The notes below the pieces were generated by a model, which saw only the letters and a list, made by a program, of their open reading frames with translations, was not told where the DNA came from and ran no database searches. The position numbers and the translations under genes were made by a program. 64,000 nt of DNA from Chrysomallon squamiferum (taxonomy: Eukaryota > Animalia > Mollusca): the NCBI GenBank assembly GCA_012295275.1, contig CM022667.1, positions 434,001-498,000 of the forward strand, written 5' to 3'. Each line of letters begins with the position of its first letter. Position 1 is the stretch's first letter. Below, piece by piece: positions 24,503 to 40,756 of the stretch.

Positions 24503-26194
24503 GTAAAGATGTGTTTCTGTTGTTGTTGTTGTGGGATTTTTTTTTTTTTCTTTTTTCTTTTCTTTATTTTGTTGTATTTTATATTTAAAAACAAAAATAT
24601 GAAATCTTGTTTCTGGTTTTGATGTGAGAACCTGATTAGAATTAAGTGAAAGTGTGTTATTTTTTTGAAGATGTTCAATGCTGGATTAGCTGGAAGTTGT
24701 TTTCTGTTAAAAACGAGAGATTTGTTAATCTACCTGCCTGCGTGTGTTTCTCGTTGTGTTGTGTTTTTCATGGCTCGTCGAGGATCCTTCACATTTTCCC
24801 ATCATTTCCACCTGAGATTTGTGGGGTTTTTTTCTTCTTCTGTATTAACAGGATATGTTTTTAGATCCTTGTTTTGTCATCATTATATATGTTTCAAAGG
24901 TGGATTTGTTAACAATTACAGGTGTTTTATACCTGTGTATGTTTTTGATCTGATTTTTTTTATTTTTATTTATATATTTATTTTTTTTTTGTTATTTGTT
25001 TATGTTATATACATGGTGTACATATTTAAGATTTTATTATTATAAATTTTATGTAATATAATTTTATGTATTTATTTACATGTTAAATGAATGGGTGTTT
25101 GTTATTTTTATTATTATCAGTTTACTGATTTATTATTATTGTTGTTGTTGTTGTTGTTGTTGTTGTTAGATACAGAAAGACAGAGTGAGATTTTATTTTT
25201 TTTTTTTTTTTTTTTTTTTTATTGTTTTTATATTTTATTTCTGAACCTCTCTTAATGTCAGTGGTTCCAAAAAAAAAAATGTATTTACTTTTATTTATTT
25301 TATTTATTTTTGTATTTAAATGTTACAAACATATTTTCTTATTATATATATATATACATGGGTTTTTTTAATTTCATAATTTACATGGTATATACATGAG
25401 GACATACTTAACATATGAAATTTATTTACTTTCATTTGTAGTTATTTATTCATGTGCTCTGAATGCATGTTTCTGCTAGCCTTTTTAGTCCATTCTGATT
25501 TATATACTTACAAACATTATTACATACCTGTATAATGATATAAATATTATCTATCTGTACTACAGATTTCATTTTCTCATATTTCAAAAAATTTATTTTT
25601 TTGTTTGTTTTTCTAAACCTATTTACACATATGATTTCTAAAATATTTAATTTCAGTCTTTTTTTGTTGTTGTTATAATGATGTAATATTGTATATAATT
25701 CAGGGATGTTATTATAATTTTGATTTTATACTTCTTTCTTTATTTTTATTTATATTATTATTTTGTTTTTAGTATTTATTTTTAATTTTGGTTTCTTAGT
25801 TTAAGCTTGTCCGATTTTTATTTTTTATTTTTATTTATTTCAGTTTTTCTACTACTATGTCTGTTCATTTTCATATTTTGTTGATTATCATCAACAGAAA
25901 ATACATAACAAATCTGATTGTTAAATTAATCATATAAAATAGAAAATAATGATCAGGAATATGGTGCTTTTCAATTGTAATATTTTTTAATTTAATTTTT
26001 GATCTTTATAAAATATCTTATTGAAGTTATTATCATTATGAAATTTTAGTTTATTTTCTTGTTTCATTCATGTTTTGTTTATTATGGAAACTGTGTGAAA
26101 AAACAACTCTTCTGTTTTTGTGTAATTAATGTTATAGTGCCTGTGACATGAATGCTGTTCTTTTGTTGTTGTCTTTTGTTTTTGATGCTCTACC

Positions 26195-26446
26195 TCCCTC
26201 TGTCTCTCTCTCTTATTCTGTCTCTGTCTCTGTCTCTCTCTGTATCTGTCTCTCTCACTGTCTGTCTCTGTCTCTGTCTCTCTCTCTCTATAACACTGTG
26301 TCTCCCTCTGTCTCTTTCTCTCTCTCTCTTTCTCTCTATCTCTTTCGATCTCTCTCTTTCTGTCTCTCTCTGTTTGTCCTTCTCTGTCTCCCTCTGTTTG
26401 ACACTCTATGTCTCTCTGTCTCTCTCTCTGTCTCTCTCTTTCTTTC

Positions 26447-26477
<31 letters not shown>

Positions 26478-26762
26478 GTATGACACTCTGTGTTTCCCTC
26501 TTTCTTTCTCTGTCTAGCACTGGCTGTCTCTCTCTCTCATGTTTTCTATCTTTCACTCTTTCTCTCTTTCTCTATTACTTTCTCTCTGTCTCTCTTTCTG
26601 TTGTTTTTCTTCCTGCTTCTGTCTCTCATTCACTCTTTATCTCTTTCTCATTTCCTCTCTCTCTCTCTCTCTCTTGTTCTTTCTCCATTTCTGGGTTTCT
26701 CCTGGTGTCTCTTTCTTTGTCTCTGTCTCTCTCTGACTTTTTTTTTTTCTCTCTCTCTCTTT
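26195..26762. repeat. Degenerate (CT)n polypyrimidine tract
   Basis: Direct inspection. Confidence 0.95.
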
Positions 26763-27029
26763 CAGCATTTGTACTTCATAGACTGATAATCCATATTATT
26801 GTTTTTGAAAAATATATTTTACTTTATTATTAATTTCCTAATGTTTATTCTGACCTCAGTTTGAATAACTAAACAAACTCTAATAGAAAGGAGCAAATAT
26901 TTGTATAACTGTCATGTGATAAATCAGTCTATGCACTTTATTAATAGCTGTGGTAAAGGATTTTCACAAAATTAATTCCTTAGTACTGTTTCTACAGTCC
27001 ATCAACATCATTACTGTTATCATTACCAC

Positions 27030-27362
27030 AATTATACTGCTGTTTCTACTACTACTGCTGCTACTGACACTACTACTACTATTACTACTACTACTTGTTC
27101 TACTACTACTACTACTACTACTGCTACCTACTACTACTACTACTGCTACTACTACTGTTGCTACTCTTCTACTCACTTTGCTACTACTACTCACTTTACT
27201 AACTAAACTACTACTACTTACTACTACTACTACTACACTGCTACTGCTACTACTACTGCTTTTACAAAATTGCTACTGCTACTACTGCTAGTCCACTACT
27301 ACTACTCATTACTACTACTACTGCTACTACTACTACTACTACTGCTACTACTACTACTACTG

Positions 27363-27397
<35 letters not shown>

Positions 27398-27440
27398 GCT
27401 ACTACTACTACTACTACTACTGCTACTACTACTAATACTG

Positions 27441-27495
<55 letters not shown>

Positions 27496-27562
27496 ACTAC
27501 TACTCTTTACTACTACTACTATTACTACTACTACTATTACTACTACTACTACTACTACTATT

Positions 27563-27608
<46 letters not shown>

Positions 27609-27830
27609 CCTACTACTACTACTACTTTTTACTACTACTACTACTACTACTACTTTTACTACTACTACTTCTTTTACTACTACTACTACTACTAATGACA
27701 CCATGACCACTACTATTATTGTTTTTATTACTGCAACTACTGCTGCTACTGTTATTACAGCTACTTGTACTACTACTGCCATTATTATTACCTGAACTAT
27801 TATTATTATTATTATTATTATTATTATGAA
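27030..27830. repeat. (CTA)n trinucleotide array
   Basis: Direct inspection. Similar arrays at about 28900-29280, 33800-34460 and 39363-39830. Confidence 0.95.
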
Positions 27831-28550
27831 TTTTATGAATTTTATGTTTATCGCTTTTTTCTTTTACATTATTGTTTTTATTAATATTTTTCTTCTTATC
27901 ATCATACTACCACTACTACTATAACTACTAATAATACTATGACTATTACTAGAACTTACTACTGCTATTACAACTGCTATAACTACTATTACCAACACAA
28001 CTGCTATTACAACTATTACCTTTAATATAGCTACTACTCTGCTACTACTATTGTAATCATTTTAGTGTATTACTAATTTACTGAAACAACTTTTACATAA
28101 TAATTTTTATTCCTACTACTATTACAACTACTACTGTTAATTATTATACTACTACTACTACTTATCACCATTATTATTATCATCAGAACATTCTGGATTC
28201 AGCCCTGATATTTAATTACAAATTAAATTAATGAAAAGTAATCTTAATAGATGTTGGCTTAATTAAAATTTCTCTGTCTTGCAAGTCTAAACAAGAAGAT
28301 GAATTATAATGATTTATTTAATTTTTTTTTTTTTTTGTATGTGAATATATATTGTAGAAGAAGTATGTCTGGAACACCATTTTGTATTGATGAACAAATA
28401 ATACAGAATTTTAGAATGTATTAGAAGTAGTAGTAGTATGTGATTATAGTAGTAAAAAGAATAATAATAATTGTAATATAAAAAATATATTGTCTTTCTG
28501 ACATTAATACTTAGCATTTGATTGAATATTTATTTAAAATATCAGCAGTA

Positions 28551-28616
<66 letters not shown>

Positions 28617-31200
28617 AAACAGTGTAAGGTTGGGTTTTTCACATCATTTTCCATCCCAGTCAATTTAAAATGGCTGTATTATTAAAACTGAAATATGTAA
28701 TTCCTAACCTATGAGAAGGTCTATACAAAAGAATCCCATAATGCTATATTGATGACAGTTCATGCAATGGAATCAACTGGTTTCCTCTTTCATATCATCA
28801 CTACTGAAAAAACATGAGACTGTACTTAATAAGAATTAACATCAAATGTGTTAAGATATTAATTTATGGCTATCATTATAACTGTTATTTTTCTTTAATT
28901 GTTATTATTATTACTATTATTAATAGTATTGATCCTTCTACAACTATTACCAATATTACTACTACTACTTCTACTAGTAATACTGCTATTATTATTATTA
29001 CAACAACTACTTCTACAACCACAACTATTACTACTACTACTACTACAGCTACCACTATCACTACCACCACCAAACTACTACTGTAGCTACTCAATTACTA
29101 CTACTACTGCTATACATATTACTACTGCTACTACTAATACTACCACTATTGCTACTGCTATTACTACAATTACTACTTCTACTACTACTACTACTTCTGC
29201 TGTTGCCACTATTATTATTACCATTGTTATGATATTATTACTGTTATATTATCACTACTACTACTACTGCTGCTGCTATGTTATTTGTTGTTGTTATATT
29301 GTTATTATTATAATTTCAGGACAGCTGTGTTTAATTAAGATTCAAAGACCTCTTCAAATCAGTGCCTTTCACTGTGTTTAAAGGTAAATCTTCATCAATG
29401 ATATTCTATTACTGTTACTGTTATTACTGATGATGATGATGATGACGATGATTATGATGATGATGACAATGATGATGATAAAGGGTTCATTATTTATGTC
29501 AATGATGATGATGATATGTAACCAATCTATTATTGTTGCATTATGCATACATGCATACATACACATATACATATAAACATACATACATACATACATACAA
29601 ACATACATATTCAGACATATACCCAAACACCCAGACACCCCACTCACACTCACACATACACATACACATACACAAACACATACACATACACAGACAAATA
29701 TACATACATAATATATATATATATATATGTATACATACACATATATTTATTTATTTATTTACATACATGCATACATATAACATATATACACATGAACACA
29801 TACACACACACATGCATACATATATATAGACACACACATACTTTCATACAGATACACATACACATGAATATGTAATATATGCTCACACAAGCAAAAACAC
29901 ACACACACAATTTTCAGAACCATCTTTTATCTATTTTCGACCCTGGATTTTAAAAACCTATTACTGACACTAATTAGTGAAAATAAATCAATATAACATG
30001 GACTCTACAGAAAGCAAAAAAAAAAAAAAACCCCAGATTTTACAGAAATGATTAATTAATTGACCTTAAACATCAAAGCAGTGATGAGGTGTTACTGTCA
30101 GTGAGAGATCTATGACTAGATATTATTACCTGGAATAACAGTAACAAACAAAACGATCCAGGTATAAACAAAATTTTATTTCCAAATATTTATTATACTG
30201 ACACCACGGTTTGAAGTTACAGTATTAATGACAATCTTTGCTGTGTTGCATCAGCTGCTATCGCAAAATCTTTATTTTTAATTAAGGTTTTGTAATGTTC
30301 TGTCGTGTTCGTGTGTTACTGGTAATAGGAGATGAACATGCCATGATAGATGTAACACTTATATATATATATTTATTAAAGTGACAGAGAGAGAGAGAGA
30401 AATGCTAGAGTTTATATATATATATATATACATTTTTTATGGGGATATATACTTTATTTTCGTGGTTTTCAGTTACAAATGTACATATGTTAGTTTTGAA
30501 TGAACGACAGACATACATACAAACATATGTATACACAGTAACACACACTCACATACACACATACATTTATTTATTTATTTTATGTATATATACATATATT
30601 TATAGACAGATAGATAGATAGATAGAAAGATATATATATAGATACAGCAATAAATACAGATAAAGACATAGAAGTAGATATATCTGTGTGTGTGTTGTGT
30701 GCATTTGTCTATGTCAATATGGACATATGCATGTATGTAAATGTGTGTATGAGTGTGCATAAGTGTATAGAAAGAGAAATAATAATAAAGAGAAATATTT
30801 AATGTTACAGACAGACAGACAGACAGACAGACAGGCAGTGACAGAGACAGATGGCAACATCTTAATCATACCCTCACTGCCACAGTACAAAAAAAGAGTT
30901 TTATGATGTCATCCTATCAATAGCCATTTTCTTTGTTTTTCCATTTTCCTTTATCAGTCATGTCTTTGTGTCAGCATATTAACATAATTAATGTACACAT
31001 ATCTGGAACAGCAAAACATTTACATTCAAATTAATTAAATATTTAAAAAAAAAAAAAATCTCACACAGACCTCAAATACTTATTTATTTATTTATTTATT
31101 TATTTATTCCTTCATTATCTTTTTTTTCCTTTTTTTTTTCAGATCAACCCAAATTTCTTCCAGCAGAATCTTGAACCATTCTCAGCAGAAACATTTCAAA

Positions 31201-31501
31201 ATGAGAGTCTCCCCAGCTCGCACCCCCCCACAAACCCCCATCGTCCAGATCACCCACCACAGCATCCACTCCAACTCCAGCGACGACCTCATCACCGAGG
31301 TCTTCTCCCCTGACAACGGAGTGGAAAACCCCATGTTTACGTTCGACTCGGCCTCCATGATTTCCCGTTCCGCCGCGCCATCTCGATCCAGCGATCCTGG
31401 GGAAGAGTCGATCAGAATTGAGCTGCCAAGGAGGAGGGGAAGCTACTCTACGTTCGGTGACATGGACAGTCTTGCAGTGCCTTCAACATATGGATTTGGA
31501 G
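31201..31501 (+). CDS. Coding exon of an unidentified protein (MRVSPARTPPQ...RRRGSYSTFGDMDSLAVPSTYGFG); exon begins at 31143
   Basis: Long polypyrimidine tract with AG at 31141-31142; GC-rich, codon-like composition; TTCAAAATG start context; consensus donor G|GTAAGT, phase 1. The frame is open across the whole exon, so it could also be an internal exon. Confidence 0.8.
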
Positions 31502-32029
31502 GTAAGTGTTTTTTTTTTTTTTTCTGTGAAGTGTTTTTTTTTTAGGTTGTTCTGGTATGGATGTGGTTTTGTTGTGCACCTCCTGAGTGTGGGGGTGAAT
31601 GGGTGCCCTGTGTCAGAGTCTTTGTCTTTGACATCTGATGAGTTTGTGATGTCATCACTGGTCTCTGTTCCTCTTCTGCCAGTGTGTTTCTGATTATTGT
31701 CTCTGTGCAGAGTCTAATCAGATGTACATGTGACAGAGAATATTCATTCCTAAGATCATACATACTTACACACCTACGTACATACATACATACATACATA
31801 CACACATACATACATACATACATACATTCATACATACATACATACATACATATATACAACATAAATACATACATACATACATACATACATACATACATAC
31901 ATACATACAAACATACAAACATACATACATATATACATACATACATATAGAGGCATACATACATATATTCATTGATACATTTATACATTCATACATTTGT
32001 ACTTTCATAATTCATACATACATAGATAC

Positions 32030-32060
<31 letters not shown>

Positions 32061-34260
32061 CGTGTACATACATAATACATATGTAATATATTATATTAAT
32101 TAATTGTATCTTGATTATAACTGTATTGTGTTTTTAATTGTGATTTTAATAAGTTTATTAAACAAGATTTTAATATTTTTTTATCTATAATTATGTAAGT
32201 ACATGTACAAACACAAACAAATATACACATGATGATTGTAATGATAATGATGATGATGCCAATGATTTAAATAACATTTTGTTACATTTTTAATTACATG
32301 TGATGCTGAGAATGATAGTTGTCATGATGATGACGATGATAACAATGATTTGTCAAAGATGTCATTATATATTTAGTTATATTTAATGCTGATGTTCATG
32401 ACAGTAATGATAATGATTATGAAAACGATTTAATCATGATGAAAGTGGGGACATGATGAAATAAAAGAGTTTGTTATTTTGAAATTAAATATGATGATGA
32501 TGATGATATTGAAAATGATTTAATGATTGTGAATATGATAATAACACAAGAAACAGGATTTTGTTATGTGATGGTGCAGCAGTGATCATAATGATAACAA
32601 AATCATCATAATGATAAAACTGTGATGGTAATTGTCATAATTAGACTAATGTTGATGATAATTAGGATGATGAAAATAACAAGGATGATGGTAAAGACGT
32701 TATAACTGCAAAAATTATAAAGATGAAATTAGCATTAAAAAAAAATTGTATTTTCCAAATGTTTTGAAATACTGAAGTAAAATAAAAAGATTATATTAAA
32801 AAACATCAGTTTGTGCCATTAATTAATCTAGAAAGAGATTCTTAGAAAGAAAGATAACTCTGTCTCCACTGAAAATAAATAAACTTACAGAAACATAGGT
32901 TGTGTCCCTTTGCTCATAAGCATGAAGTGTTTAATATTGATTCACCACAACTAACTCTGACTGTCACATGACCAAACTTTCTCTCTAAATCTAAGTCTCT
33001 CTCTCTTTCTGTCTGTCTAATTCTACATCTATTTATCTCTCTGTCTCTTTTTCTTTCTCTCTCTCTGTATGTCTCTTCATCTCTTCCTCTCTTGTTCATT
33101 CTAATTATATCTCTCTATTTCTCTCTTTATCTGTCTCTCCTTCCCTCTCTCTCTCATTAGCTCTCTATTCCTCCCTTCTTTCTCTCATTCTTTCACTGTC
33201 ACTTTGGCTCACTCTTTCATTTTCTCTATATCTTAATCTTTTCTTTCCTATTAGTCAATAAAACATTTTACACCAAACTGTTGAAATATTAATACTGTCA
33301 ACAACATTTTATGATTATGTACATAATATTATTTCATTTTTTCTTCTGAAAATACCACAGTTAAAATATTCACAATAAACAATACCATCTACATTTATCA
33401 GTAACACGTATTCATGAGTTCATTAACTGTAAAATAACAAAATTCAGGTTTAATTAGCTTCACTACCGACAGACTTCAGATTACAACAGTTTGTCCTCTT
33501 CATGTTCTGGCACCCAGAGCAGAAACCTGAATCCTTCACATTTTTCTGACTTAAACCTTCCTTGCAGACTGATCCCAGGTCAAATTCAACTGCTTGAATT
33601 CTGTCCAAACATAATTATCTTTCTTGTGGTCTTGGTTTCAAATATCTCTGTAACATATCAGTTTTAAGTTTCTCATTCTCATATATTTCTACATCTAGAA
33701 GTCCTGTGTTTTGATACACTATCATCCAGACCTCTTTAATAACTGTGACCTTCCTGCTAGAAGTCACCTTTCGAGAAAATCTAAGATTATAATGAATTTT
33801 ACTATTACTGCTACTACTACTACTACTACTGCTATTACTGCTGCTGCTACTACTACTACTACTGCTGCTGCTGCTACTATTCCTGCTATTGTTGCTGCTA
33901 TTATAAATACAACTACAGCTATTTTTATTATTACTACTATTACAATAACAACATCTATTGTTTGTGCAGCTGTAACTATACTGCTAGCACCTACAACTAT
34001 AACTATTGCTATTACTAGTACTACTGATATAGAATATCACTACTGTTATATCCACACTGCACTTCTATTACCTCTTCTACTAATTCTAGTATTAGTATTA
34101 CAACAAAATATTCTAAAAACTTCTAAAACTATTACTACTACCACCACCACTAAACTACAACCACTATATCCATTACTACTACAAATACAATACTATTGCT
34201 GTTACTATATTACTACTACTAGTATTCTATTATTACTACCCTACTACTACTACTGTTACA

Positions 34261-34307
<47 letters not shown>

Positions 34308-36189
34308 TTATATCACACCAACATAATTGCTACCATTACTACTATGACCACTTTATCTGCTACTACAAAGACTGCAACAACTAACAATACCACCACACAG
34401 CCGTCACCTCTACCATCATTACTACTACAACAGTCACAACATCTACTACCACTACTACATCATTAAAATGTTACAATCCGTGGATGTGTTATTACTGTCA
34501 TTTTGTGATAAATGTTTTAAGATGGCTGACAGATGAGTCATTAAAAAAAAACAATCCTACACCTCACTGACTTTCTGTCAGATTAAAGCAGATTTCTGTT
34601 GTCACTGATTAAAGCGAGAAAAGTCTAATAGCTGGACAGAATGAAAAGAGAGCAGACAGATTTTTGTTTGTTTACTATTTACTGGCAAAATAATGTGTGC
34701 AACTCCATTTGGCATATTTGTCATTAAAACTAAAAAAATAAAATTAATATAATAATAATAATAATAATAATAATAGGTAAAAAATAAAAACTATGTTGTA
34801 GTAGTTCTTGTTTTAGTAGTAGTAGTTGTAAAAGAAGAAACAGTAAATAAAGGTGTTAATAGGTAACAGGGCAAAATGTCTTTATATCTGTATGTAGTTA
34901 TGTATTTATGTTTATATGTACGTATGTGTCTTTAAAATGTATATATATATATATATATATATAGATAGGTGTGTGTGTGTGTGTATGTATATAAGTTTGT
35001 GTGTATGTATGTTTATATGTATATGTGTATGTATGTATATAGATGTGTGTGATTATGTATAAATGTGTGTGTGTGTATGTATATAGATGTGTGTGTATGT
35101 ATGTAAAAATGTTTGTGTATATGTATATATGTATGTTTTATATGTATATGTGTTATGATTGTATGTATATATATAGTATCCATATTTTTTTATATTATTA
35201 ATACACAAATACATAAAAAGTTTACAAACATACACACATTCACTAATTTCCCACTAACTAATCCACTCAACTAATCCACACTAATCCTGAAAACACAACT
35301 TCCACTACCATTGACTGACCCACCCATCTCTCGCAAACCTGTAAAAAAACAAAAAAAATTCAATTTCACCAAACTGCTGCAGGTGACTGGAAATTGAGTT
35401 TCTCTTACAATCAAAACTAAACGGATCTTCTGCCCATGTCACTCAGTTCACTGGTCATTTTTGTGATTTTCTTTGTCGCGAGAGCTCCACTGTATTACCA
35501 CCACCATCATCATCGTCGTAGGAGCAGGAGGAGCAGGAGGGAATGAGCGGTCAAATTGGCTGAGTTGATTGTTTTTACGCTCGAGATCGTCCTGTTTTGC
35601 TTCTGGTAATAAAGTCCATTTTGCGAATTACTGCAATAAGACAGGGCTGAAATTACACGCTTTCACTCCTGTGGCACTTTCAGATCCATCTTCTTGTCTC
35701 TGCTGCTGTTGTTGTTGGTGTTGCTGTCAGAAACAGCAGGTGAACCAAAGACATTTTTGCTGAGATTCCTGTTGACAAATTCACTGCGGTTATGTTTGTC
35801 TTGAATAGAAAAAAACAGCCAGTAATTCATAGAAAGTCTGTTAACTTCAAGGACTGACAGATTACAGGTTCAGTCCTTCTAATATGCCAGTTCTGGCTGT
35901 TTGTATTTATCTGTCCATGTGTTGACATAAAGGTCAGGGTATAGTTTTTTTTTCTGTCTATGGGATGGTACGTATCAAAGATCACTTGCTGCTTATTGGT
36001 ATCAAATGACAGTTTAACATACAAAATACATGATGCATGCAGTCTGTTTGTACCATTTATATTAATCAAAATAATATCCTTAATCATTTTTAATAATAAA
36101 ATGGATATTACAGTACATATAATAATATGCTCACACATACAGACACAAGCACAGACATATTTACACATATTAATATAGAAACATGGATA

Positions 36190-36315
36190 TAATGGCCACC
36201 CAAATAAACAAGGCAGAAATGTTTTGCATTAGACAGGTGGTTGTAATAGAAAGCATTAAAGGGAAATTTCAAGGTCTATCCATAAAGAGGTGACCTTTAA
36301 CAACAGGTTTGACCA
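36190..36315. mobile_element. Possible remnant end of a non-autonomous Tc1/mariner (pogo/Tigger-like) MITE
   Basis: GGCCACC...GACAGGTGG...GAGGTGACC...ACAGGTTTGACC resembles the reverse complement of CAGTCAAACCTG-type terminal repeats, from recall. No partner terminal repeat seen. Confidence 0.3.
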
Positions 36316-36325
36316 CACAGATATT

Positions 36326-36523
36326 CACACACACACACACACACACACATATAAACACACACACACACACACATACATATAAACACACACACACACACAC
36401 ACACATATAAACACACACACACACACACACACATATAAACACACACACACACACACATACATATAAACACACACACACACACACACATATACATATAAAC
36501 ACACACACACACACATAAACACA

Positions 36524-36559
<36 letters not shown>

Positions 36560-36690
36560 AACACACACACACACATACATATAAACACACACACACACAC
36601 ATACATATAAACACACACACACATAATTACAAACACAAACAAACACACACACACACACACACATATACAGATAATAAACATACACACAAA
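36326..36690. repeat. (CA)n array punctuated by TATAAA
   Basis: Higher-order unit (CA)n-TATAAA repeated about 10 times. Confidence 0.95.
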
Positions 36691-37529
36691 CACTATTCAG
36701 CCACACGTTATTTAACAATCAATTAAACTTTTATTTTTTCTCTCAAATCATAACCAATCTTCGAGATCTGCACAAGATGTGTTTGTTTGTAGCAGCTCAG
36801 CGACACATCGCATCTGCTTTATTTAATTTATCTGCCATCACTCAATCAATACATTCCCACCATTTTTCTCTATCGATACCGGTTTCCACGAGACAGATTC
36901 ACATTTCATTCAATGCAGACAGACACTATTGATGTTTAGTTGACAGGATAACAGCACAGGCAAGATATGGCCAATACATCATCAGATTATTTCCACTGTT
37001 TGGCAGTGACTCAAAGAATTTAAAATCGGGGCCAAGAGTTTTTAATTATATAAAAATGGCTGTCATTGATGTCAATAAACTGGTTTAGCTGATCAAGGTG
37101 AAAAAAAGATGACAGATGGGGAGAAATGTTTTTTTTTCTTTTTCTTTTTCTTCTTTTTTTCTTCTTCTTTTTTTTCTTTTTGTTTTTTGGTTTTTTTTTT
37201 AAATTTATTTTATTTTATTTATTTTATTATAGTATTCTGGCTAAGTCTGTGTTATAGTTAAATGGAATGAGATGCTTTATGCTGCTGGATCAAATCTTGA
37301 TAGTGAATCATTTCATTTGTTATCCCAATCCAGCTATGAATGATTTATCAAAGGGAGATCACTTGATTTGATCAAAAAACATTTCAGTTTATGTTTAATG
37401 GGCAGATGTATGGTATTTCTTCCTCAGAGAATCCTCTCAGTTTTTATCCAGTTCTAACCATTACTTATTTATCAGAAGGAACTTATTATTTTTTATTTAT
37501 AATGAAAATTTATAATGAAAACTCTTCAT

Positions 37530-37700
37530 TTCCAATTCTGACTATAACCTGTTTATCAAAAGCTATGCTATTTCCCATTCTAGACATAACCTGTTTGTCA
37601 AAGGCTATGCTATTTCCCATTCTAGACATAACCTGTTTGTCAAAGGCTATACTATTTCCCATTCTAGACATAACCTGTTTGTCAAAAGGTATGTCACTTC
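37530..37700. repeat. 42-bp tandem repeat, about 4 copies
   Basis: Unit CTATGCTATTTCCCATTCTAGACATAACCTGTTTGTCAAAGG; explains the 14-aa repeats in ORF 37391..37741. Confidence 0.92.
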
Positions 37701-38699
37701 CCACCTCTGTAGGTTATGCTACAAACTCTGGAGACTATTGAAAAGAATATTAAAAGAAGTTATTGCTGTCAATTACTTTGCTAATAAGAATAACCCCCAA
37801 TGGTTAGCAGTGGCTCAGTGAAGGGCAACCAATCTCACATTAATTATTATAACAAAAATCTATATGTTTTTACAAAACCATTCAACCTCACACACATCAT
37901 TATATGAAAAAAAAAAACCTTTTAAGTTCCATATGTTTGAGTTTCATAAACCCTAATAATCAAACATTCAGAGACGCTACTAAACAAACATCCATTCTCA
38001 CTCTGTCTCCAAAGTAACGATATTTACATATTATTATCAGTTATAGCAAATTATACTGTTAAAAAAAAAAAAAAAATAATAATAATCCCAAAATAAATGT
38101 TAGAATCAATACCCTGTGATTATGGACAAAAAAAAAAAAAAAAAATAAGATAAAATTGTGTGTTCTGAAAATAGTTGTTTGGAAGATAGTATTTGGTGTG
38201 AATTATTGGAAACAGGTGTTTAGAAGACAGCATTTGGTGTAAAATAATGTGTTTGTGTGTGTTTCAATCTGGTAATTACCTGTATTGACTTTCTGTGTGG
38301 TTGATTAATCACTGAGATGATAGCTGTAGAAAACTTTAATGTGTTTTTAAATGTCATTACACTTATTCATCTTTATATTAGTATTCATCTTTACATTGTA
38401 TGTGTGAACTATATATATATATATGTAGGTACATATATATATATATATACAGATATATACAAGGATAGTATGTATATATACACACACACATACATACATG
38501 CATAGACATTTGAGAGTGTATATGTGTATGTTATATTTGTAAATAGGGATTTTGTTTTGCTAATAAGGGTTGTCTTTCTGTATGTGTATGTTTGTGCTTA
38601 AATTCCAATATATAAACTGATTCTTACTTAGATTTAAATGCTTTTGCATTTTGTTTTTAACCTTTTCTTTTTTTCTGTAGTTTCAACCTCAAATACAAC

Positions 38700-38746
<47 letters not shown>

Positions 38747-39995
38747 ACATACATACACACACACACACACACACATATTGTGTATAATTATATATATATA
38801 TATATATATATAAATGTGTGTGTATGTGTTTGTGTATTTATTAATTTTACACGCATTCATTTTATATAAAATACATATCAGAATTTCATACTTAACAGTT
38901 TCCTTATTTAATTAAAAATACATTTTATATAATTTATATACATACATAAAATCTGTTTCAGGCCATTTACTGAGTACAGCAAATTTATCTTTTCTCTTAC
39001 GATGCACATTAACGTCATTCTCGCCACATTCTTATTAATCTTCCAGTACCAGGAAAGCATGCATTAACCCTAATTGAGTGAAATCATGATGAGCAGTTAA
39101 AGTTAAATCATCTTCATCATCCTTGTAAGAACTGACACTGAATGTTTGATATATGGAAATGAGTTTAGTCAGGGATGACTGGGGTTGCTTCATGTAGATA
39201 AATTCATGTTGACAAATCAAATCACAGCTCAATCATGAATGTGTGTGATCTGTATGTGGTTGCAGTAGTAGTCGTGGTAGTAGTGGTAGTGGTGGTGGTG
39301 GTGGTGGTGTTGGTGTTGGTGTTAATAGTAACTGCAGCAGTTGTTGTGCTAGTGGTGGTAGTACTTCTACTACTAGTATTATTATGCTGCTACTACAACT
39401 ACTACTGCTACTGCTATTACTATTATTATTATTATACTACTATTATACTACTGTTACTACTATTACACTACTACTACTACTGCTGTTATTATTATACTAC
39501 TATACTACAATTACTATTTACTTCTGTTACTATTATACTACTACTAATTACTAAGCTATTACTATTATACTACTACTACAGCTACTATTATTACTACTAC
39601 TATTGTTATTATTATAGTACTACTATACTACCATTACTAATTAGTACTACTACTGCTTTTACTACTACTACTTCTACTACTACTATTACCATTACTGCTG
39701 CTACTTCTAGTACTATTAATGCTATTTTTACTACTACTACACTACTACAACTATTACAACTACTACTACTTCTACTCTACTACTACTGCTAGTATTACTG
39801 CTACCATTTCCACTATCACTAATGCTACTACATCTAATAAAAAAACCCACCTTCTGCTACAAATACTATAAAACTATCACTACTTCTCCCAACACAATCA
39901 GTACAAATACCACAACCACGGCAACACAATACAACAACGACGTTGCTAAATATTAAAGTATATATCATTAAGTATGTATATATATATATATATAT

Positions 39996-40047
<52 letters not shown>

Positions 40048-40306
40048 GTTTACTTATCTTCAGAGTTAACAACTATTGGCACTGAGGAGCTAAAATCTGA
40101 TATTCTTGCAGTAACTGTCAGTGTCAATTTATTCATGACAAATGACCTCTGACATCTTCCAGTGACCTCATTTTCATAGATCAAAGAATTGGGCACTCTG
40201 AGGAAAAAATCTTATAATGATGATGAAGATTATTTAATTATTTTTGTTGCTTTTGTCCTAGTTATTATAGCAGTAGATTGGTTCTGTGTAAATTTGTGAT
40301 TGTGAC

Positions 40307-40756
<450 letters not shown>

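Noticed and set aside
37391-37741. ORF with 14-aa repeats
   Set aside because: Product of a 42-bp tandem repeat; no exon signals.
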